In this document: in pieces, positions 60,788 through 64,000 of the stretch
Layout: every line of letters starts with the position of its first letter
How positions within the stretch are numbered: position 1 is the first letter of the stretch
Assembly (NCBI GenBank): GCA_964012805.1
Contig: CAXGUD010000001.1
Span: 32,001 to 96,000 of the forward strand
Direction: 5' to 3'
Source: an uncultured Bacteriovoracaceae bacterium
GTDB lineage: Bacteria > Bdellovibrionota > Bacteriovoracia > Bacteriovoracales > Bacteriovoracaceae
Length of the DNA: 64,000 nucleotides
The notes under the pieces: generated by a model
What the model saw: the letters and a program-made list of their open reading frames with translations, nothing else
What the model was told of the DNA's origin: nothing
Database searches by the model: none
Program-made: the position numbers and the translations under genes

Positions 60788-61612
60788 ATCAACTTTTTTA
60801 AAAATCCGCGTTCTCACAAAGCGAATGAATCGCTTTGTGGGAATACTTCCATGTTCTAAAAAAGTTATCGGTTTTCTAAAGCTAACAACAACTTTTCCGG
60901 AGGGAAGTTTAACAAACTCTCTAAATAAACACATCCGCCCCACCATCTTTCCAAAAAAGCGCCAAAATAAAAAGACAGAACTATTTCTTCCTCCTAAATG
61001 GACGGGTAATATCGTTGCTTTAGAAGATTTTGCCAAAGAGTGAAAGCTCTCGTCCCACTTAAAATCACAGACCTTGAAGATTCCTCTCTCACTTTTAAAC
61101 CTTATCCCTGAAACCTCTCCCGCTGGAAACATAATAATCATTCCTCCTGCTTTTAAATGATTTCTTGCACTGATAAGTGTTTTGATGTTTCCTGCTTTTG
61201 AAAAACTGTCTTTTTTCAGGTTTGTAACTGTAAATCCGTTTTCTTTTAACTCTGGAAAAATTTGAGTAACAACTCCTCCTACAAAAAATTTATAATCCTC
61301 TCTTCCCAAATGCTTTTTCATCTCTTCAGCTATCATTGCACCATCAGGAAGTCCAAAGGGGTGATTGGCAACAATTAAAAGAGGTCCTTCCTTTAGATTA
61401 TCTGTCAAAAAATGGGTGTCCACCCCTTTCATATCCCATTTAAAGAAACTAACAAGACCACTTCCAATATTACTATAACCACCCTTTGACCTAATTCGAA
61501 GCAATAAATCATTAAGCTTATTCACTCCCATAAGTTTTTCCATTAAAAGAACAATATTTTTTTTAATAAGACCATCATTTTCATTGAAAAAAGAAAGTTT
61601 TTGATAAACCAT
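60758..61612 (-). CDS. PlsC-like lysophospholipid acyltransferase
   Basis: VANHPFGLPDG (NHx4D-like), MFPAGEVS, ILPVH. Confidence 0.88.
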   Translation of the reverse strand: MVYQKLSFFNENDGLIKKNIVLLMEKLMGVNKLNDLLLRIRSKGGYSNIGSGLVSFFKWDMKGVDTHFLTDNLKEGPLLIVANHPFGLPDGAMIAEEMKKHLGREDYKFFVGGVVTQIFPELKENGFTVTNLKKDSFSKAGNIKTLISARNHLKAGGMIIMFPAGEVSGIRFKSERGIFKVCDFKWDESFHSLAKSSKATILPVHLGGRNSSVFLFWRFFGKMVGRMCLFREFVKLPSGKVVVSFRKPITFLEHGSIPTKRFIRFVRTRIFKKVDLDKDCEPRP

Positions 61613-61720
61613 TTGTCTTCCTTGTATCTAGTTTCAAACTTTAGAATTATCTCAAAAAATTTAGAATTACTTTTAAAAGTTATAAAATTTATCTTATCCT
61701 AAGAGAAAGGAATATGTCTT

Positions 61721-63199
61721 ATGAAACATTTTGATGTACTCATTCTTGGTTCAGGTATTTCATCTCTCGCCACTGCCCGTTTCCTCAATAAGTTTGGGAT
61801 AAAAAATATTGGTATTTTGGAGCAACACTCCGTTCCAGGAGGCTTCCTTCATTGCTTTAAAAGATTTGGACTAAGATTTGAAACCGGGGCCCATTATATT
61901 GGTTCTATAAACGAAGGAGAACCCTTTCACACTCTTTTAAATTACCTTGGTGTCTATCACGATGACGATTATATAGAACTTGAACCTAATGGGCCTGACA
62001 CGCACTTTTTTGAAGACGACAATTTCACTTTTCCTTTGGGTTACAAGGAGACCATTCAAAAATTAGGGGTCATGTTCCCTAACGAGAAAAAATCAATTGA
62101 AATCTATTTTTCAATGATAAAAGAAGCTGCTCATTCATTCCCGACTTACTATTATAAAAAAGACTATGACCAAAAAAAAATGCTTTCCTTTTTAGACCAA
62201 ACAGTTCAAGAGGTTCTTGACTCCCTTTTTAAGAACCACTCTTTAAAAAATATCTTATCAACGACTTGTATACTCTACGGTGTTTCTCCAAAAGACGCCT
62301 CTTTTGGCTTTCACAGTATTGTTCAAGACTCGTATATTATTTCTGCCAAAGGTTTCCGCTATGGCGGTGAAAGACTTGCCCAAAGATTTGTAAAAAAAAT
62401 TGAAAATGAAGGCGGACAATTCTTCTTCAAGCACACAATTACAGACCTGGTGGCAAGGGATAAAGAAATCAAAGAAATTCATTGCCACAATGGTGCCGTT
62501 TTTAGCGCCGATAAAATCATTTCAGGAATCCACCCAAAGCTTCTTTTTTCAATGATCAAGGGAGAGGGTCTCAGAAAAAGCTTTCAAAAAAGGCTTGATC
62601 AGATTCAGGAGTCCAATTCATTTCTTGGCGCCTTCCTTTCGTTAAAAGAAAACCCTGGAATCTCTCCTAAAAAAAACTACTACTTTCATAGGGGTTTTAA
62701 TTACGAAGAGCCCTCTCTCGATGATCCTAAAAGTTTATTTCCCTTCTTTTTAACCTCAAGTGACCGTGCCTATAATAATAATGGAAAATTTCCTGTTCTT
62801 TTAACGGCCAAATGTTCTTATACGGGTTTTAAGGAATTCAAGAGCAATAAAAAATCAAATGATTACAAGGATCTAAAAGAAAAGGTTTTTCAAATGGTTT
62901 TACCTTACATTGAAGAACAATTTCCAGGTTTCAAAAATTCTATTGATAAATACTGCCTTTCAAGCCCTCTAACAAATCAAAAATATATCCCCTCACCTAA
63001 TGGTAGCGCCTACGGTATCTACCATGACCAATTTTCTACAGGAGCTAGAGGACTTGGGCCTAGGACACACTTCCACAACCTCATTTTAACGGGGCAAAAT
63101 ACCCTCTTTCCGGGTCTCCTTGGGGGAAGTATATCGGCCATAAAATCGGCTGGACAAATAATTGGTACAAAAGATATCCTTAAAGAACTTTCTCACTAA
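61721..63199 (+). CDS. Phytoene desaturase / retinol saturase-like FAD-dependent oxidoreductase
   Basis: GSGISSL Rossmann motif, LEQH..PGG, FETGAHYIG, SPLT...GSAYG, LTGQ..LFPGLLG. Confidence 0.88.
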   Translation: MKHFDVLILGSGISSLATARFLNKFGIKNIGILEQHSVPGGFLHCFKRFGLRFETGAHYIGSINEGEPFHTLLNYLGVYHDDDYIELEPNGPDTHFFEDDNFTFPLGYKETIQKLGVMFPNEKKSIEIYFSMIKEAAHSFPTYYYKKDYDQKKMLSFLDQTVQEVLDSLFKNHSLKNILSTTCILYGVSPKDASFGFHSIVQDSYIISAKGFRYGGERLAQRFVKKIENEGGQFFFKHTITDLVARDKEIKEIHCHNGAVFSADKIISGIHPKLLFSMIKGEGLRKSFQKRLDQIQESNSFLGAFLSLKENPGISPKKNYYFHRGFNYEEPSLDDPKSLFPFFLTSSDRAYNNNGKFPVLLTAKCSYTGFKEFKSNKKSNDYKDLKEKVFQMVLPYIEEQFPGFKNSIDKYCLSSPLTNQKYIPSPNGSAYGIYHDQFSTGARGLGPRTHFHNLILTGQNTLFPGLLGGSISAIKSAGQIIGTKDILKELSH

Positions 63200-63211
63200 A
63201 GAGGGTCAAGG

Positions 63212-64000
63212 ATGACGAAAATTTTTATTAGTGGGCTTGGGAACATAAGTTCACTAGGTAACACTCCTGATGTTCTCTTCGATAACCTCGAAAAAAATAA
63301 AAGATTTTTTAAATATTACCCTGAATGGAAAAAATTTAAAGGCCTAAAGGCCCTTGTTGGTGCCCCTTCATTTCCCTATGATGTATCAAAAGTACTGCAT
63401 AGAAAAATGAGACGTTCAATGTCACCTATGTCGGAGATGTCCTACCTCGCGACATTGCAGGCATTAGATCAAGCTGGTATCTGCCTCGGTGATAATAAAC
63501 CAAACCTCCACCCCTTTAAAGCTGATCCCCATAAAACTCTTTTGGTTTTAGGAAATACGGCCGGAAGCCCTCTTTTTTTAGACACCTTTTTTAGACAAAT
63601 GATTGAAAAAGAGGGACCGGAAGGACAGTTATCGACTTCATTTTTAAAAGTCATGAACCACACCATTCCAACAAATATTTCTTTGGCGTTAGGTTTTTCT
63701 GGCCCTCTTCTCTCACCATCGAGCGCTTGTTCAACATCTAGCCAGGCCATTATTCTGGCCTCAGAATTAATGAAAAGTGGCCTCTACGACATGGCAGTCG
63801 TCGGCGGAGCCGATGAACTACACCCTCATGTTGTCTCTATCTTTGATATAGTTAAGGCAACCTCCTCAAACTACAACGAAACTCCCGAAGATATCCCTGG
63901 CCCTTTTGACGAAAAAAGAGATGGAATTGTTGTCAGTGAAGGAGCAGGTATCGTCATACTTGAAACAGAGAAGCATTTAACGAAAAGAAAGGGAACACCC
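63212..64000 (+). CDS. Beta-ketoacyl-ACP synthase, aryl-polyene-cluster-like type (runs off the window)
   Basis: Not in the ORF track; translated by hand: MTKIFISGLG...PEWKKFKGL...RKMRRSMS...SSACSTSSQA...GGADEL...PFDEKRDG.V.SEGAG. Confidence 0.9.
   Translation, partial: MTKIFISGLGNISSLGNTPDVLFDNLEKNKRFFKYYPEWKKFKGLKALVGAPSFPYDVSKVLHRKMRRSMSPMSEMSYLATLQALDQAGICLGDNKPNLHPFKADPHKTLLVLGNTAGSPLFLDTFFRQMIEKEGPEGQLSTSFLKVMNHTIPTNISLALGFSGPLLSPSSACSTSSQAIILASELMKSGLYDMAVVGGADELHPHVVSIFDIVKATSSNYNETPEDIPGPFDEKRDGIVVSEGAGIVILETEKHLTKRKGTP

Noticed and set aside
1552..63750. About 40 short (60-112 aa) ORFs in the track that overlap long genes
   Set aside because: They are antisense or out-of-frame shadows of well-supported CDS (e.g. 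63469..63750 is antisense to the ketosynthase) and show no recognisable motifs
1..64000. Alternative genetic code, prophage or anti-phage defence island
   Set aside because: Long ORFs tile the window under the standard code using all three stops, and I recognised no integrase, transposase, reverse transcriptase, phage structural or defence genes

Overview
AT-rich bacterial chromosome window, roughly one-third GC by eye, densely coding with about 55 CDS. I found no rRNA, tRNA, CRISPR array or mobile element. The gene content (orphan CheX-like proteins, a degenerate HD-GYP protein, many secreted hydrolases and unknown secreted proteins) suggests a predatory Bdellovibrionota / Bacteriovoracia-like organism; this is inference. 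Lipid handling is the main theme. It includes an MMPL + ABC-2 + acyl-CoA ligase run, pectin-acetylesterase/Notum-like and ABHD18-like hydrolases, and a CoA transferase. At the right end begins a lipid/aryl-polyene-like biosynthetic locus: hotdog thioesterase, sterol-desaturase-type di-iron enzyme, MMPL exporter, acyltransferase, CrtI-like FAD oxidoreductase and an APE-type ketosynthase that runs off the window. The best novelty leads are: (i) an unannotated 26-aa hydrophobic ORF whose Shine-Dalgarno is sequestered by a 5'-3' long-range inverted repeat, as in type I toxins; (ii) a secreted stand-alone homologue of a plant XLG/EDR4 domain; (iii) a ClpS with a rewritten N-degron pocket; (iv) a propeptide-less streptopain; (v) a Fur-type box upstream of a secreted protease; (vi) a paralogous pair of unknown envelope proteins with a C-terminal beta-signal; (vii) a C2-like protein with a hydrophobic hairpin; and (viii) apparent GGCC over-representation. 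All family assignments come from motif recognition by eye, not from database searches.
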